A DNA stretch of 64,000 nt from Mustelus asterias. Taxonomy: Eukaryota. Positions 62,340 through 64,000 of the stretch are shown one piece after another. Position 1 is the first letter of the stretch. Each line of letters starts with the position of its first letter. Position numbers and translations under genes: made by a program. The notes beneath the pieces were generated by a model. The model was not told the origin of the DNA, searched no databases, and worked only from the letters and a program-made list of their open reading frames with translations. Location of the stretch: positions 44,826,001 through 44,890,000 of the forward strand of contig NC_135818.1 in the NCBI RefSeq assembly GCF_964213995.1, in the 5' to 3' direction.

Positions 62340-62945
62340 TGCAATTGTATAATACAATTGTATTGTATAGGGCGCTTGTGAGACCACACCTGGAGTATCG
62401 TGTGCAGTTTTAATATCCTTATCTGAGGAAGGATGTCCTTGCTATAGAGGAGTGCAGCAAAGGTTTACCAGGCTGGGATGGCAGGACTGTCATATGAGGA
62501 GAGACTAAGTCGGTTCGGATTATATTCATTGGAGTTTAAAAACAGGAGGGGGGAATCTCATTGAATTCCATTGCATTCTATCTACATAGAATTCTAACAG
62601 GATTAGACGGGGTAGATTCAGAAAGAATGTTCCTGTGATAGAGGAGTCCAGGACTAGCAGTCATAGTTTGAGGATAAGGGGTAAATCTTTTAGAACTGAG
62701 GTGAGGAGAAATTTCTTCACCCCGAGGGTGGTGAATGTGTGGAATTCACTACCACAGAAAATTGCTAAAGCCAAAATGTTGTGAGATTTCAAGAAAGAAT
62801 TAGATATAGCTCTTGAGGCTAAAGGGATATGTGGAGGTGGGAGGATCAAGGTATTAATTCTGACGATCAACTATGATCATAATGAATGGTGGAGCAGGCT
62901 CAAAAGGCTGAACGACCTACTCCTGCTTCTAGTTTCTATGTATGT
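62340..62945 (+). mobile_element. CR1 LINE 3' fragment
   Basis: LVRPHLEY, GHSLRIRGKSFRTEVRRNFFT motifs, 3' UTR and tttctatgtatg tail. Confidence 0.85.
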
Positions 62946-63198
62946 TTCGATGGATTAGGGGCTGTTGTTATGAGCTCAGATAGCCACGTGGGTGCAGTCG
63001 ATTGCACCTTGCACTCTTGGGAAGCCTGAGGTTATTATAAAACCAGTGAATCTCTGAGCCTGGTTATCTTCATCCAGAATAAACCTGACATAATGATGGG
63101 CCTTCATATAAAGGGCATCTGTGACCTCCTTTATACATCGATGTGTTGCGGACTGAGAAATGCTGCACAGGTCCCCTGTCGATCCCTGGAAAGACTGA

Positions 63199-63335
63199 GG
63201 CCGGAAACTTACCACCGTTCATGCTGGTGGGATGAGAAAATCCCGCTGCAGTGAACGGGAGATCTGGTTGGTCGTCAAATTCTCTGACCTCGCTGCAGCA
63301 AGAGTGTGGCATCAACGACCGGTAAGGTCGCGCCC
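63199..63335. mobile_element. Harbinger-type MITE inside the Harbinger transposase remnant
   Basis: Inverted relative of 23490-23624. Confidence 0.75.
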
Positions 63336-64000
63336 CCAGTAATTGAGTGCTGCAGTCACCTTAAAAGCCATAGACAGGATGAAACCTCCAACTGGGAGTG
63401 GCGTCAGGTCTTCCAGGAGAATGTGATGTACCAGATCTCAAGACAAATACAGACATGCCCCACATTGCCTCTCAGTCACATTTAACAGGGGACTTTACTA
63501 TAATAAACCATGGGTCTGGCAAGTCATTTCCATTGTCTTGGGTCTCTCCTCCTGACCCTCTGGTAACATGTTCTGGTAACAACTGAGCATGTCCCTCAGG
63601 AGGGACCTCCTGCTGGAGCTGTGCTTGGTGTTGCCTCTCCCTGCTTTACCAGCTCTATTGCATTCACACTCTGACAAAGGCAGCATTGGGCTCTGGATCC
63701 ATTTGTCCGTTTGCTCTCTCTCTGAAATGAAACATTGAAGATAATATTAAAGGGCCGAGAAAGTGAAACTCTGAATATGAAATCTATGGGTCCACGGTTT
63801 GTCCTGCCCTACTTGCACAGTGGTCGATGCCGCCTTGTCCCTGATGTGCTGGCACAGACATTAAAGTGACCAAGCTGGCATATCAGAAACGTGACATCTG
63901 GAGGTCTGTGCGGGATGATATGGTGTAAGTGAAATCAGTAACTCAGACTAACTCTGCGCTCCAATCTCTGATGTGGGATATTGATGACCAATTGGTTGCT

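Larger units (their letters stand above)
61820..63700 (-). pseudogene. PIF/Harbinger transposase remnant interrupted by a CR1 fragment and a MITE
   Basis: KVTAALN, SFQGSTGDLCSISQS, GFPRVQGAIDCTHV, KGYHSINMQLV, HDSYIL, DKGY and IEQTKGLLKMRF occur in order. Confidence 0.88.

Noticed and set aside
62976-63215. HARBI1 host gene
   Set aside because: Stops, deletions and two insertions disrupt the frame, and several similar remnants lie in the window

Overview
This is eukaryotic, repeat-dense DNA from a cartilaginous fish. The shark assignment is inferred from abundant HE1-type V-SINEs and CR1/HER1-type LINEs. The window looks intronic or intergenic: I can identify no host protein-coding gene, and nearly all listed ORFs are transposon remnants or spurious. 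It contains about 15 V-SINE copies, three to four other tRNA-derived SINE families (one with a Deu domain), CR1, L2-like and Rex1/Babar LINE fragments (one young CR1 with an open 585-aa RT region), and Penelope-like element (PLE) pieces. It also has four TSD-flanked solo LTRs, two Gypsy integrase remnants, four decayed PIF/Harbinger transposase loci and many Harbinger-type MITEs. The most notable signal is a set of very short PLE-terminus insertions with 11-15 bp target-site duplications that carry minimal hammerhead-ribozyme motifs. Two of these motifs look structurally intact, and one sits in a 186-bp near-perfect fold-back. Also notable are a V-SINE subfamily whose tail appears swapped for a Rex1/Babar-like stem-loop, and a TE-free island (about 11.6-14.4 kb) with several strong splice sites that may hold alternative first exons of a large host gene. 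Everything was read by eye without database searches, so family names come from recognised motifs and the boundaries of old elements are approximate.
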